NCBI GenBank assembly: GCA_051294375.1
Contig: CM119269.1
Span: 10,227,056-10,291,055 of the forward strand
From: Paraspadella gotoi
Taxonomy: Eukaryota; Animalia; Chaetognatha
DNA: 64,000 nucleotides
Reading direction: 5' to 3'
Part shown: positions 1-13,894 of the stretch, piece after piece
Layout of the letters: each line of letters opens with the position of its first letter
How positions within the stretch are numbered: position 1 is the stretch's first letter
Translations under genes and position numbers: made by a program
Notes under the pieces: generated by a model
Databases searched by the model: none
What the model was told of the DNA's origin: nothing
Seen by the model: only the letters and a program-made list of their open reading frames with translations

Positions 1-1432
1 GGTCCAGTTATCGGTGGTGACGCACTGAATACGACAACGCCGGCACATATAATATCGAAGCACCTCCGCCGGTCGCCGCGCCTCCGAAGTGTAATGCATC
101 AGCAGCCTATCCTGGTCTTCGGTGACCGAGGCCGACGAGCCGACAGAGGAAGCCCCGGGATGAGTAGCGTCGTCGAGCGCCGCTTCAAAGACGCGGGTCA
201 AGACGGAAGTAGGAAGTTCGTCCGCAAAGTCATCGACCGGGGGTCCGTCTCCGCTTTCCGACGGGGAGAGTTGCCCTAAACGGCGGTAGGGAGAAAAACG
301 TTAAAAAATTGCATTAAGAGTATTCAAGTTTCCAGCTCGTCGTTTTTCTTACCCGTCGAACTTGTCGTCGAAGTTTCGTTGGAAAAAGTCATCGCCGACG
401 GAGGAAAGGTCGAGATGAAGTTGGACGGGGAGATGGTGAAATAACTCAAAAATCCCCCTATGAGGAAAAGAGCGAAAGACTTTTAAGAATAAAGAGGAGT
501 AAGGAATTTTCCGACAGCGGGCGCTCAGGGATTTGCACCAGCAGAGAACATCCTATGTGTTTAAAATGTTTATGCTAGCACCATCACACTTATTCATTTT
601 CTATTTCTCTTTACCCCTGGGTCCACCCTCGGATTTTCGAGACTCGTCCAGCGCTTTCATCTCGTCGTACGTGAGGCGAGCGCTGACGCGGTCGCGCAAT
701 TCAGCAGGGAGATCATCGATGCGACGCGGCAGGAATGAAGAGGATCGGACGTGCAGTAGTCGCGTCGCTAGGGAGCAGTCATGGCGGAGTCGTGCGTTCG
801 CATCCTCGAGTTGACGAACGCGAATCGTGGTCGACTGAAGAGAGAGAAATTGTTTGTGAATATGAACTTAGTCTTACCCCAATTTTCCCTCCGCAAACTA
901 CTTTAAGTTCGGCGTCCAACGAGCGAACAAGCGCTTGAAGACATGAGTTTTTCCCGTCAACTTCGTCGGCTTTCGAAAGAATTTTCTCTTCCAGCATCTG
1001 GTTAACGCGTTGCATTTGTCGATGACTCTCCAACAACCGATCGTATTTGTCGCGGTGTGAGCGCAACTCCGTCTTAAAGGGTTAACCACGATGTAAGAGA
1101 GGTCACGGGGAAGCTGAGATTTTTTAAAAAGTTTGTCTCGAGACGATAAACACCTGCAACTTTTTGGCTTCATTCTGTCCGCGTTGACGGCTTTCGATAA
1201 GCGCATGTTCCAATTTTTGTACGTGTTCGTTGTTCTGCTTAAGACGGGCATTGAGGACCTCGATCTGATGCTGAAGATCGAGATTCGCGGTAGTCGTGAC
1301 GAGATGATGATGGTGATGATAGTGAGTCGTCGTTTTGGCGGGAGGAGACGATGTAGTAGAAAAAGATGGTTTTTGGTTAGCCAATTCCGAGTCCTTGTCA
1401 AATTCCTTCAAAGAGAAATGTGGTGAATTCAT
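1..1432 (-). CDS. TJAP1/BEGAIN-family coiled-coil protein, 5 exons visible, 3' end runs off the window
   Basis: Spliced translation gives ...ELRSHRDKYDRLLESHRQMQRVNQMLEEKILS...LEDANARLRHDCSLATRLLH...IDDLPAELRDRVS...TFPPSAM. This resembles the BEGAIN/TJAP1 N-terminal block (LQRINQELEDKL...DCNLAAQLL...LPSDFQERVS). GT-AG boundaries near 1152/1073, 901/835, 625/457, 352/276. Confidence 0.75.
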
Positions 1433-1692
1433 GTTGTGAATTTTATATCATATAAAATGTAGGAGAAAAAGTAAATTAATTACATCAGTTAATAATGCTA
1501 AAATAATTTAAATAATGCTAAATTGAATTATAAATTCACACGTCTTTTACTTGCATAGTTGAAAAGAGAAATGGGTGTGAGTTAAGAAACTATTAAAGAA
1601 TGGAATGTGAAAGATTAAAGAGCGTGGAAATCTTTTTTTCCATCTCTTTCATTCCTGGGTGAAAAGCATACTGCCATTAAAAAAAGTAAACA

Positions 1693-1696
<4 letters not shown>

Positions 1697-1748
<52 letters not shown>
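1697..1748. repeat. (GA)n microsatellite
   Basis: About 25 uninterrupted GA units. Confidence 0.95.
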
Positions 1749-1752
<4 letters not shown>

Positions 1753-3033
1753 ATAAAAAAATTCAGTATAGTAATAATCGAGGACATTTAAAAATCAAGA
1801 ACGAAAAGGCACAAGTTGGAATCGCGGCAAAAACCACAAGGAGCTACGAATCACCTTCAGCACACAAAAGGGACAGAGGAAAAAAAATGCTAAGTAATTA
1901 GCGAAAGCCATCGACTCAAACAAGAGAGAAAAATGGGAAAGAAAGAAAAAAAAACGAGGCTGGCTTTTTCGGTCAGTGGCAAGTATGAAATGCAATAAGT
2001 TGGTACGAGGGTACTAATGAGAATTTTTTTTAAATATTTAAATGGAAACTAACCAACGAATCTAACCCTTCTTAATTTTTATATCTTTCAACGTAAAGTG
2101 TATCAAGGGTCTGGACTAGTTTAGATAGAATATTTTGTTACCAAAAAGAACAACAAAAAGTTACTAGCTTCACTAAAGTTAGTCACCTTGGATACTTTCC
2201 CGCAAACGGAACACGGGCAACCGCATCTTTGGCAAGCGTTCAAAGTGGAAGAATTAGAAGGCGAATGTGAATCCATAATACCTGTCAACCCCATTTGACG
2301 CTAGGTATTTATTTTTAATTGCGCAAAATTTGAGATTTCAAGTAGTTCGAAAACGATTGGTTCATTTAAATGTTTTATCTCACTATATTGACTAAAGGAT
2401 AACAAATACTACAATTGTAAAATGATAACAAACTTCAATGATCCAAATAATAAAACAGAAATGGCTACTTGATAAATTTGGTGAAAAGTGTATCACAAAG
2501 GGTGCGATGATATATACTAATTTTATATGTTAATTCCATGAAACATTTATTCAACGAAAAGCGCGTGATATCACAATCGCTAAGAAACCGCCGTAAAAGC
2601 GGGAAAAAAGGAATAAAATTGGGGGGTTGTGATTGTCCGAAGAAACAATAAATACTCACATTTTCTTTGTTCAAATGCTATACATATTACATAACCTTTA
2701 AGTAATAATACACAAACTAAGGGCGGCATATAGAAAATCTTACAGATATAATGGACGGATTAATAATCACCAAAGTAAAAATCTAACTATATATATATAT
2801 ATGTTAAGGCACAAAGATTAAACGCTCTAAGAGGGGAAGTAGATCAAAAACTAGAATATATTGCTTTCATTGATCAGAAAATATCAGTATTCGCGAACAA
2901 TAGCTTAAAATCGAAACTAGAATCAATTGAATCATTTAAAAATGAAATGGTAATTCTTTCTGGTGGAAGTTCAGCGCTAAAATTTCTTAAATGACCCATT
3001 CCGGAAAGTAGTCTGTCATGCGAGTTAAATTAT

Positions 3034-6000
3034 TCAGCCCATAGGCTCCGAAGCAAGGCTGCCACCATCAATGCTGGCCTTTGGTGTGGGAGGATCGAAG
3101 TCGGGTGGGGCCTCTAGAAACTGATCGCCACCTTAAGGAAAAAAATAGTTGTTGGCTAACACTGTGTGCGTTAAGTTTGTATTCAAGTAAATAATTTCGG
3201 ACCTGATTTGGCAGTGGAATCGACCTGATGCTTGCGATGATTTAAAATAGCACGTAACTCATAAGAAGACATCGTAGTGTAACCGCAGAGATTTTTTTGA
3301 ACAGTCAGCTGAGAATCAAGCCGCGATCCTTTTGTATTAAAATAAAATGTATTTTAACAAAGATAAAAATAAAAAGATATGATAATTTAACTACATAAGG
3401 AAAAATGAGTGTGGGAACGAAAAAAGTAATACGCACCTTCATCCTTTCCAAAAAATTCGATAAATTCTTTTTGCTTCAAGGTGAATAGGCTTAGTCCAGT
3501 TTGACCCTGAAGACATTTTAATAGAATCAAATGAATCAAATAAAATGAAATTAAACCTAATAACATACTGATTTCATATAAGAAACATTGTAATAATTTG
3601 TGGTTTATGATTTAGATACTGAAAGAATTTATCATTCACAAACTTCGAAATATCTGCAACGTAAAAAATCGCGGAAAAAAAAGTGACAGACCAAGAAGCT
3701 CTATTTAACTATTAATGAAATTTGCAATAAATTTTCATCGCCGTTCCTTGTTACCTGTAATGCTTGACGGACCCGAGGGGAAAAACCTTTCGTTTCCAAC
3801 CACTTTTGAACTTCCTCTTCAGAACTTTCTTGAGATATGTAAAGTACGGGAACCTAAATAATGATTAATTAGAAAAAATTAATCAAGTATAAGTATTGAG
3901 ATTATTCATATAAACTATTCAATACTCAACTCAAAACTGTCCATTGCACCAAACGTTATTCGTATTATGGCTTGTGACAAACAGCTGCAGCAGCAACAGC
4001 AAACCCGACACTCATAGAACAAATTAATTGGATTACCTCTTTTGCTCCGTCGGTAAACGGCTTCCCGGTTCTTCCGCCGTTGCTCATTTTTTTCTTGAGT
4101 TCATCGTTGACCGCGTCCTGACCCGATCTATTACCACCTCCGCCGACCGGGCTCATTTGAGCTCCGTGGGCCTGGTTACGAACATTGGCGTCGAGCAGGG
4201 CAAAAGAATTGTTATAAATTACATAACAATTGAGCCGACTTAAATACGACATGCTAGTTCAACAATAAAATATCGGCAATAGATTTTAAAAGTTCGGGTT
4301 GATAACAATATTCGACAAAAAGTAAAACATCCTTTAAATCTGTCATACTCATAGTGTAAAGCGGATTGAGAAGGAAATGCAGAACAAGTTAGAAAATATG
4401 GATGAATTAAACTTTTAGTCAGAATTTAGTTGCCACGCCCACCCCATAATAAGCTGAGCAAATATTGTTTAAATGTAAAAGAAACGGATTTTCATCCTAA
4501 AGAATTAAGTTGGAGATTTGAGAGGTAAAAACGGTTCACTCGATATAGAGACAATGTCATTTTCTTTCATTATCGTTTCTATTTTCCATCTTGTTCCAGT
4601 GAAAGGTTTGCGCCAGGCAAAGAAAAAGTGAGACTTTAAAAACTAGAAGGGAAATGTTTGCACTAATTCAGCCGAATCTTAGTTCGGCAAGTTTTCTTGA
4701 GCGTACTAAACGATAGGAAAGTGACACAAAAGAATAGGAAGTATGATATTAGTCAGTTTTAGTTAACGTAAAACATCACCGTAGGGGTTATTTTTTCGGG
4801 GGTAAACAAACCAATTCTCTGTTAGTTTCTCTGGAGTGAAGCCATCTTAAGAGTAAAACTAATGTATTTACCATGACAAGTACCTGCACAGATCTTAATT
4901 GCCCCTTTGCGGCCAAAACAGCAGCGGCGTGGCCTATGCTTCCAGATGGATCTAAACGACTGGAAGATCGAGAATCAGAGGGCGGCGGTGGCGGAGGCGG
5001 GGGAGGTGGGGTGGCCGAGCTGGCGCGCGAGTCTCGCACAACTTTCAAAATGGTGTTCGGGACGTAACCCTCTTCGCCCCGCCAATTTCGTACCTTGCGA
5101 AGAAAAATGGTTTATAAATAATAATATAATAAATGATAAAATAAAACATTTTTTTATTGATTCACATTTTTTTCCACCCACCCCTCCCCCCCCCCGTTTC
5201 ATTAGCAAGGTTTAACTTTCACCGAGTTTTGACTTCATGCATAAAATAGAACTAATTGTAATTTCATTGTAATTTATTGTATATTTATAATCATGATTTA
5301 TTTACTCCCGTCAAATACGCTCACTTTCCACCATTGTTTGGAGTCGTCGATGAGTTCGACGACTTCTGATTTGCGAACCGTCAATTCCTTGACGTGATTG
5401 GACCGCCTATCAAAAACCGCTTCGTAGACGCGAGCGCCGTGAGAGAGAAGGCTTTCCTCCAGATCCTTGAGAATGAATGCATAATGCCTATATTAAACCT
5501 AAAGACCTACAAGGCTCAATTATTTCTTTCCGATTTCTTTAACGATGAAAAAAAATATTAAAACTTTTAGTCGGTCAGTCGGTCCGCCAACTCAATCTTG
5601 TCGGGCATTCACTTATAACATATCAAAACATCGAATATATTTTACTATTTGAACACCAATTGCTCATGAGTGGATCGGGCGATTGACCTTGAATTTTGTA
5701 TGTGGGTACTGGGTAGGAAAGTGTGTGATTAAGTTTCCATGGAATTGTCTGGGTGGAAATGAGTTTAAATGGAAAAAACAAAAAACCTGTTTCACTAATT
5801 GATTATGCTTCTTTTTCCTTTTATATTAAATGTAAATATAGGATGTATTAATTAATCAATAAACAATAACTAATCAGTCAATCAATAAAGTCAATCGTTA
5901 TCGGCATTATTCTCATCGTCATTGCTTTTGTCGTGGTAAGTGACGAAAAGACCTAAAAACAAACATTTGGGATCAAATTAATTAATTGCTTAATTAATTG

Positions 6001-9000
6001 CCTAATTAATTAATTAATATGAATAATTTTATTAATTACCGATAATGATCGTAGGCAGGTCTGAAAATGTTTGCTCAAACTTGTTCTCCTATCACCCTCC
6101 ATATTTCTCCAAAATTTTGTAATTTCTTATTACACTAAATTAGTGTAAATTATTACATTCATCACAGATTACATTATAAAGATTACCAACCAGAATCGTC
6201 AAGTTAAAGGTATTTTAAATGATAATGGGTATAAACAAATATGAAACATATCCACAAGCATATCATTAAATACTCTCTAGGTTAAAACAACCAATTATTT
6301 TTAATATTATATGAACTGTGCAGCACTGACTTTCTGTAATTTCATAACTACATACCACATAGAAATGCGGTCATGTGATAACAAAAATATTCATATGTAC
6401 TTAATGCGGAAGTATCATTTTATGATAACTTAATTTTCGGTAAAATATCATCAACGATAATGATATGAAATAGGTATACTAACGATATAATATATATAGG
6501 ACAAGCACATTATCAAGGTATCATGTAACACATTGCACAGTGCATGCAAGTATGCATATTAAGCATCTCATCGTACACAACTTTGTAACAAAATGATTGA
6601 GAAGTATTAAACTTATAAACACTTAAAACATTAGGATTGACCAATCGACGGACCAACAGAATAAACCGAAAACAAGTCGGATCTGCCCATTATCGGTAAT
6701 TAATTAATTAATAATTAAATTATTCAAGTTAATTAATTTGATCCCAAATGTTTGTTTTTAGGTCTTTTCGTCACTAACCACGACAAAAGCGATTACGATG
6801 AGAATAATGCCAATAACGATTGACCTGACTGACTTATTAATTAATTATTGATTAATTAATTGACTAATTGATTAATTAACTGATTATTTATTTGATTTAT
6901 TAAAACATACAAAAGGAAAAAAAAGCATAATCAATTATTGAAACAGGTTTTTTGTTTTTTTCTATTTAAACTCATTTCCACTCAAACGATTCCATCGAAA
7001 CTTGATTTCCTGCTCAATCACACACTTTCCTACCCACACAAAATTTAAGGTCAATCGCGCCATCCACTCAAGAGCAATTGGTGTTCAAATAGTGAAATAT
7101 ATTTTTTTTGTTTTTTCCATTTAAACTCATTCCATTCGGACGATTCCATCAAAAATCCATATCCAGCTCTATCAAACACTTCCCTACCCACACACAAAAT
7201 TTTATTCCAATCCATCCATCCAATCACGAGTAATTGGTGTTTTTTGTCTAAGGTGAGACGGACGATATTCTGACATGATATAAGTTAGTGCCCGACAATA
7301 TTGAGGGGGCGGACCGACGGACCGACAAAGTGAATTATAGAGTCGGGATCTGTTGATAAGCAGATCCAACTAAAAATATTGGCAAATATTACTTTCGCCG
7401 ACCGGGGTTTTGTCGTCTTTTGAAAAACCACTTAAAAATACTTATTTCTAAAAAAAATGAAAAACAAAAATTATTACCCAATTACCCTAACCCTAAACCC
7501 TCTTAACCCTAAAAACCCCCTAATTCTAAACCACCCCTAAAAACCCCCCTAACCCCGGTTGGCGAAAGTAAATGCCAAAATATTAGCGACGCAACTAAAA
7601 ATAGAAAACGCTGGTCCTCCGCACCTGCATCCTCTGAGCAAAGGCCCTCAACAGCCTTGGATCCTGCCTCAGTTCATCGAAGACTAGAACAGAAAGTTGA
7701 TTTTCGATTTCCGACTCTGTTTTGGGCGGAATGACTCGGTTGGCGGACTCGGGCGGTGGAGGCCGCGAGGGGGGAGAACCGACAGGTTCACCACCGCGAT
7801 TCGCGCCTGTTGTGTGGATGTTGCTCTCGTAAAGGGAATAATTACGGTCGTTATGAGGACTTCGCGGAGGCGCGCTTTCGTAATCGGTGATGGAACGTTC
7901 GCGACGCTGTTCATTCGATCTGGAGGAAAAAGAGTGGTTACGCTTGTTAGAGAGCAAAGAACAACTTTAGTTAGGGGTAGCCCTACTCGATCATTAATGA
8001 GAAACTCATAATATCTAATAGGCCGAATAAAAAGGGGGAATGGATAATTTTTTTGGGGATTAAGGTCATATTGTATGATTGTTTTTATCATGAGGATATG
8101 ACTAGTATGACTACCTTGTAGAATCGTATGTTCTGATAGGGATACAAACTGGGGATAGTTTGTATGTAATTTTTCTAATGTAATTTTAAAGTATATGTTA
8201 AAATATTTTTTGAGTTTTTTGATATTTTTCTAAGTTTCTATTCATATTTCTATATCATTTTTTAAGTAAAATAGAAAGGTCAGTTGGGAACCTATAAACT
8301 TCTTAACTTCTATTTCTTAATATATATTTTTTTTCTTTGTTGTATCAAACCACGGTAAGGTTTGGTTAAGCGTGGTTGGGGTAATATTCGAACTACTTTT
8401 TTTTTAAATTATTTTTCGATAAGCGGGTCAAAAATAAAAAAAACTATAAAAAATCATAATCTTTCCATGATTTTATCTGTTTTTTAATATTTTTGTTAAG
8501 CAAGGTAATCATTTTTTAAAGCTGTAATTATATTTTTTGTTTAAATTTTTTTGCTTTATCAGAATCTATCTAAAAAATTTTGGTTTTCAAAAATCTTTTT
8601 TTCATCATATAAGACAAGATAGCTTATTTATTAAATGAATGAATAATTTTATATTGGTTGTACCAATTTCATAGTAATATAATAATTTTAATTAGGCGAG
8701 TACCCTCAGAAAAAAACATTTTTGACAAAAAAAATTTTGATACTATAATCTATGCTGACAATAGATTTTAATGCTGTATACATTAGCATTTAAATTTGAT
8801 CGGCAATGGCTACTTTCGTCAATAGTCATACTCGTCCTGCTTCATCCTCCTTTGAGATTGTGCCCGTGCGACTTCCGCAACAGAAGACGAAAGTCTAGAA
8901 GATATTTCCACTAAAAAAAATAAAGAAATATTAAATATCCGCAAATAAAAATAAATAGCAACAAAAGAAAAATATATCTAAACCCAATAGTGCAATAGTT

Positions 9001-12000
9001 AATATTTGGATAAATAATATCTGTCGAATATTCAATTATAGAATATGTATCCGATCTTACTCTTTTGATCCTCTTGGTCTAAGTAGATGCTTGGATTTGG
9101 CTTCCAACCGTCATCGAAAACAGGAAAGTATGGAGCCGCATAGCCCGTCCATCGATCTTTACTTACGTACCAAGTCTCCCCAAGCGACATCCACAAGTGG
9201 TGCTCGCGAGAAGTCAAGCAATTTGACAGCAAGTCTGACAGAATATACAGAAGGCTTAATATTAATTATTATAAAATGTGGTACCCCTTTTTTGTGACCA
9301 GAATCTGTTCCCACCCAACTACCGGATCGAATTTCATGAAATTTTACATTTAGAGTTCTAATGACAATATAAATGGAACTATCCAGGCGAATTTTAATAT
9401 TCAGCCCCTGACAAGAGATACAGGGCCCTGGGCAGGCTAAATTTTTCTTTTTCATTTTTTAGAATTTTTTTAGTAGAATCAGGTTCTTTGATGTTTTAAA
9501 CATAAAAATATTTTTTAAAACTAAAATTAATAATTTTTTTGCTAATTAATCGGTGTTTGAAGATGCATGGTTCATCGTTTTTCTCCAAATTTTCCAGAAT
9601 TATTCCAAATCTGACTTGAACAGCTGATGTTCATGAAGCTGAAACTTATGGTAAACTAATATTTTTGTGGAAATAAATACAATTTTGTGGAAGAGTAAAC
9701 GTCTGGGCAACTGTTCAAAAAAAAAAAAAAAAAAAAAAAAAGTTTTGACTATTTTTTGCCCTTATGAGTGACCCCTACCGGGCCCCATATCTCGGCTCAG
9801 GGGTCAAATATTGAAATTCGCCTCAATATTTCAATCTGTATTCACATAGAGATCGTTCATACAAAATTTCATTAAAATCTATTAAATAGTTTTCTCGGAA
9901 CGTGTTCTGGTCACAAAAAGGGGTACCACATTTTATAATATGAAGCCTTCTGTATAATATACAGAAAGATTTATATTATAAAATGAAGTTGAGGTTTTTT
10001 GTGAACAGAATCTGTTCCGCAAAATCTACGAGATCCAATTAATTGAAATTTGATATAAACGATCCCTATGTAAATACAAATATAACTATCGAGGCGAATT
10101 TAAATATTTGACCCCTGAACCGAGATATGGGCCCCGGGGAGTCACCCAAAGGGGCAAAAAAAATGATAATTTTTTTTAAAAACATACGAGACGTTTACTC
10201 TTTCACAAAAACGTTTTTATTACTATGGCAACAGCCTCAGTGAGGACTCGTCTCACTGGCGCGGTTACCCTAGGACGGTCTCGCTTTGCCAACGCAGAGA
10301 GAAGTTGTTTGGACTGTGGATGGAACACAACGCCTGGGATGGTTCGTTCCACCTCTGAGCCAATGGGATTGGCTGAACGATGGTGGATGTGAGGCGGTGT
10401 GAATATACCACCACATTATCTTAATTTTTTGGTTCAGATTTTGAATATTCTGGAAAATTGGAAGTAAAACAATTTTTAATTAGCAAAAAATTAACTTAAT
10501 AAAAGGGCTTTATTAAGTGTTTAAGATGCTACTAAAAGAAAGAAAAAAACTTTTTAGCCTTCTTTTGGTCCGCCCAGGGGTCCAGGCACAGGGCCCTGTA
10601 TCTCCACTCAGAGGTTGAATATCAAAATTCGCCTCGTCATTAGAACACTGCGTAAAATTTCATAAAATTCGATCAATTCTGGTCACACGATCCCACTTTA
10701 TAATATGAAGCTTCTGTATTCAATTAAAAATAAAATTCTTTCATCATGTCTCGTGTTTCACTTCGTAATTAATGGTATTTATTACATTCTTGCTTAAAAA
10801 CTATTCTCACCTACTGCTTCCTTTATGAGCAACGGCGATACTACACCGCTTCCTAGCGGAACACCAGTCTTCGGATTTTTTGACGCTTCCATAACGAGCG
10901 ACAATGGTGTGAAGAGAAAATGAACCAATTCAGGAGAATTCGGATTGTGTATGTGGGGCTGTGTGAAATATAAAAATAATTTTAAGTAATATCTAAAGGC
11001 CTTGTAAAATATTCTTAAATATTGCCCGTTTCGTCACCATTGTTATTATATCATTATCCCCACCACTGGTCCTCCCAGTTATTTATGAAATTCTTGGTTA
11101 ACTAATGACCAACCTTGAGTTTTGCCAAAAGGTTGAAACAGAGTTTGAATTTCTTAAAAACTTTCTCAAATTCGGGCTCTTGTGGTGGAAGCGTCTGCGA
11201 GAGCAGCTGTTCTATTGCGTCCTTGTCCTTCTTGCTCTGGCGGTGAAACCCGGATTTTTTCTTTTTTTGACGATTTTCCAACTCTTTGTAGGCCTCGGAA
11301 ACGCGCTGAATAAAAGGAGAAAAATATTCAGAAAAATATTCAGATAAAAATATACTGCTGCAAGAAAGTTAACAGTTCTGGAGATGATACGTTGGATATA
11401 TCCTGCTTCTCTATCCTACATTTTCACTTATCAGGGAAATTGCATTGCAGTAGTCATTATCATTTGTCTTGATTTTCAAAAAAATTTTTAAATATTTTGT
11501 AAAGAAATGGGCGCTAAAAAATTTGACACGTTATGAAAAAAGCATCAGTTATAGGAGTTGCCATTAGATTTTTTTAACATTCATGATATCGATCGAACGA
11601 AAAATGAACCGTTTTTGTGCTGTAAGCACTTTGAAGTAAGTTCCATTAGAGCTGGACCTACCTGTATGATTAAGTACACAGACCTGCAACCTGGCGACGA
11701 ATGATTCAATGTCGTCGAAGCATTTGTTAAGCATGGTGACATCGTGGTCGACTCGTTCAACTTCGTTCGGCTCTCGAAGAGCGCCATCGACCCGAGGCTT
11801 AGTTCCAGAGAGGGCCGTATCATCACCGACATCTCGCAAGGTCGTTGACACGCTGGGGTGAGAGCCAAAGGGAGAGTAGAAGCGGGAACGGCGTGAAATA
11901 GTGCGAGGACGACGCACAGGAGAAAGCATAATTCAATATTGATATATTGACCAAATTCAACCTTAAAGCCTTTTATGTACAGCCCAGATTTGTCAATAAA

Positions 12001-13894
12001 ACTTTCAAAAAATAAATTCGCTTCTTTAATCTTCGATTAGCCAGCCAGACCAGCACTCGTTTGACGTCTAATTTTTTTGTCATTTTGGTTCAAAAACCGG
12101 TTTTTCTTTCGAGGTAAACTACGTAAATAAAGCAAAAATAACAAAAAACTTTTGATGAGCATTTATTCAGTACGACTATGAGAGGAGCTTTAACAGATGC
12201 GAGAAAAAAATAAAAATTAGTAGATAGAATATTTCTAACTAGTCTATTCTATTATTATCAACTTAACATCTAAATAACTATGATTAATTTGTTCTTGAAT
12301 TAAAAATTTGGTAAAAAAATAGTCGCCCTCCATTAATAAATATTTGGTCCATCGCAATTAGAAAATAAACAAAGTTTTTTATAAGAACCGATAGTAAGAA
12401 GTTTTGAACCCTGGCTAAGGAATGAACAAAAGGAGATACCTGGTGCTTATGAGGCTGTCGGTAACCGGGGCAAATAGAGAGGATGTTTCTCCACCCGTTT
12501 GCTCTTTATACCTGAGAAATATCAAGAATTAATTATATAGAAATATTAATCATTTTAGTAACAAAACGATAAAGTACGTTGAAAAACGCAAATAAAAAAA
12601 ACGAAAAATTAGATGCCAAAATTAGTTTAGAGGATTTTCTTTTTTATATATCTGAAATATGGAAAATACAACCTAATAGAATTGTATTCTGCACATTTAA
12701 ACTTATTATAACATTAACAGTTATTACTTGAATTTTGAATTTGAAGAATCCTCGTTAGTCCACTGAGCTCGGTTCTTTTTTAAGCTTGCCTTTACGAGTT
12801 CACTTTTAGCGTGTTTCACTCCATCGACGATATCTTTGGCGCTGATAAGGAAGGGTGAAATGATTTGCTAAAGATGAAGTCGTTGAATCGCTGGTTAAAT
12901 CAAGTCTTTTTTATCTCGTTTGGTTTTATTTTTTAAGGCTGTGGTTGTTAACTTGTTCTCATTTTTATGGTTTTTGAGTGTTGTTGAGTGCAAAAAAAAA
13001 AAAAAAAAAAAAGAATTGAATACTAAAAAGTATATTTTGTCTTTTCTATTTAAACTCACTTCTACTCGCACGGTCCCATCGAAACGGTAAACGTAATTTT
13101 CAACTAAGTCACAGACAAAGCCAATCGCATAGCCGATTCTTGTAAACCTGCAATTAACGCATTGGAAAAGGTGCATTTCCTCGGCTGACTTATCGTCAAC
13201 GGGTGACTTGGCGACAAAGAGGAACACGTTGTTGAAGGGATCTCGACGGTCGTCAGAGAGACGAGCCGCCGGTTCTATCATATCCTCGATGGAGAACTGC
13301 TGGGTCCGACTCTCTCGTCCGTTTTCCTGATGTCGAACGTTCGGTAGTAAGAATCAATTCGTTCCAACGAAATTTATTATCTACATTCGAGTTTGTGTAG
13401 ATACATTATGTACCGGTTCTCACCTTATAAACTACGTGAAAATAAGGAGAAGACACTAGAAGAGAGCACTGCATAGTCCAGACACCCGTCGTTCGTTCCA
13501 TATCGAATAACTTGTCAAATCCATCTTCAATTAACTTTCGACCGGTCGATTGGTGGGGAACGGCAAAAGTCGCCAGATGATCAACTTCGAAAGGTCCTGT
13601 AAAATACATCTTTTAAAAAAATATACTACTAGTATAGTAAGCATAATCAAAAATTAAATTTGAAAAAGCTTTTAACGGTGATGTTTTATTGCAGAGTAAA
13701 AATCCATGTCGCTTGTTTTCTAGAATTTTTATATATTCTTACACAATTTCTATTTGTGCCTGAACTAGGCAATGAAAGTATACATTTGTATTCTTACCAA
13801 TTCACACCAAAGCACCATGCCCATTTCTCTTACCCATGTAAGGACCATCGTCTGTTTCTTCCTCCAAGACCATCTCGCATCCATCCCAGGACAT
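3034..13894 (-). CDS. EPS8: Epidermal growth factor receptor kinase substrate 8 family protein (PTB, EGFR-binding region, SH3, SAM-like), multi-exon
   Basis: Exons encode the PTB region (GPFEVDHLATF...HLFQC), DVTMLNKCFDDIESFVARLQ, FKKFKLCFNLLAKLK|PHIHNPNSPELVHFLFTPL and LLSNCLTSREHHLWMSLGETW. They also encode SH3 (ELTVRKSEVVELIDDSKQWWK|VRNWRGEEGYVPNTIL) and SAM (EVQKWLETKGFS...GSRLDSQLTVQK). Stop TGA at 3036-3034; the start ATG at 13894 is tentative. Confidence 0.93.
5565..6085 (+). mobile_element. DINE-1/Helentron-like non-autonomous element (family R1)
   Basis: Same core as 37306-38140: GTCG/GTCC microsatellite, GTGGAAATGAGTTTAAATGGAAAAAAC core, 3' GTTTGCTCAAAC hairpin. Confidence 0.65.
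6671..7373 (-). mobile_element. DINE-1/Helentron-like non-autonomous element (family R1)
   Basis: Reverse-complement copy of 37306-38140, with GTCGGATCTGC subterminal repeats. It forms an inverted pair with 5565-6085. Confidence 0.7.
7381..7576. mobile_element. MITE with GG..CC termini and 8-bp TSD (Merlin- or Mutator-like, family R3)
   Basis: TIR GGCA..TTACTTTCGCCGACCGGGG / CCCCGGTTGGCGAAAGTAAATGCC, with AAAATATT on both flanks and internal AACCCT-like repeats. Relatives at 48834-49003 and 57995-58345. Confidence 0.75.
9248..9952. mobile_element. Tc1/mariner-type MITE (family R2)
   Basis: Long TIRs TA|CAGAAGGCTT..GGTACCCCTTTTTTGTGACCAGAA and the reverse complement ending CTTCTG|TA. Confidence 0.8.
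9962..10716. mobile_element. Tc1/mariner-type MITE (family R2), interrupted by a twister-SINE relic
   Basis: Degenerate copy of the same TIRs with TA flanks; 10225-10415 is inserted inside it. Confidence 0.7.
10225..10415 (-). mobile_element. Twister-bearing SINE-like element, subfamily C, P4/L4 deleted (likely inactive)
   Basis: Aligns with 36625-36885. It retains GCGA-GACC...UAA-CCGC-GCC and P3 (AGUGAG/CUCACU), then jumps directly to the GCTGTTGCCA tail. Confidence 0.8.

Noticed and set aside
7480-7560. Interstitial telomeric repeats (also 15025-15270, 57735-57785)
   Set aside because: Degenerate, and internal to MITEs or minisatellites; not true arrays.
11250-11275. Apparent frameshift in an EPS8 exon at T runs
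   Set aside because: Recounting gives CAA AAA AAG AAA AAA TCC, which is in frame.
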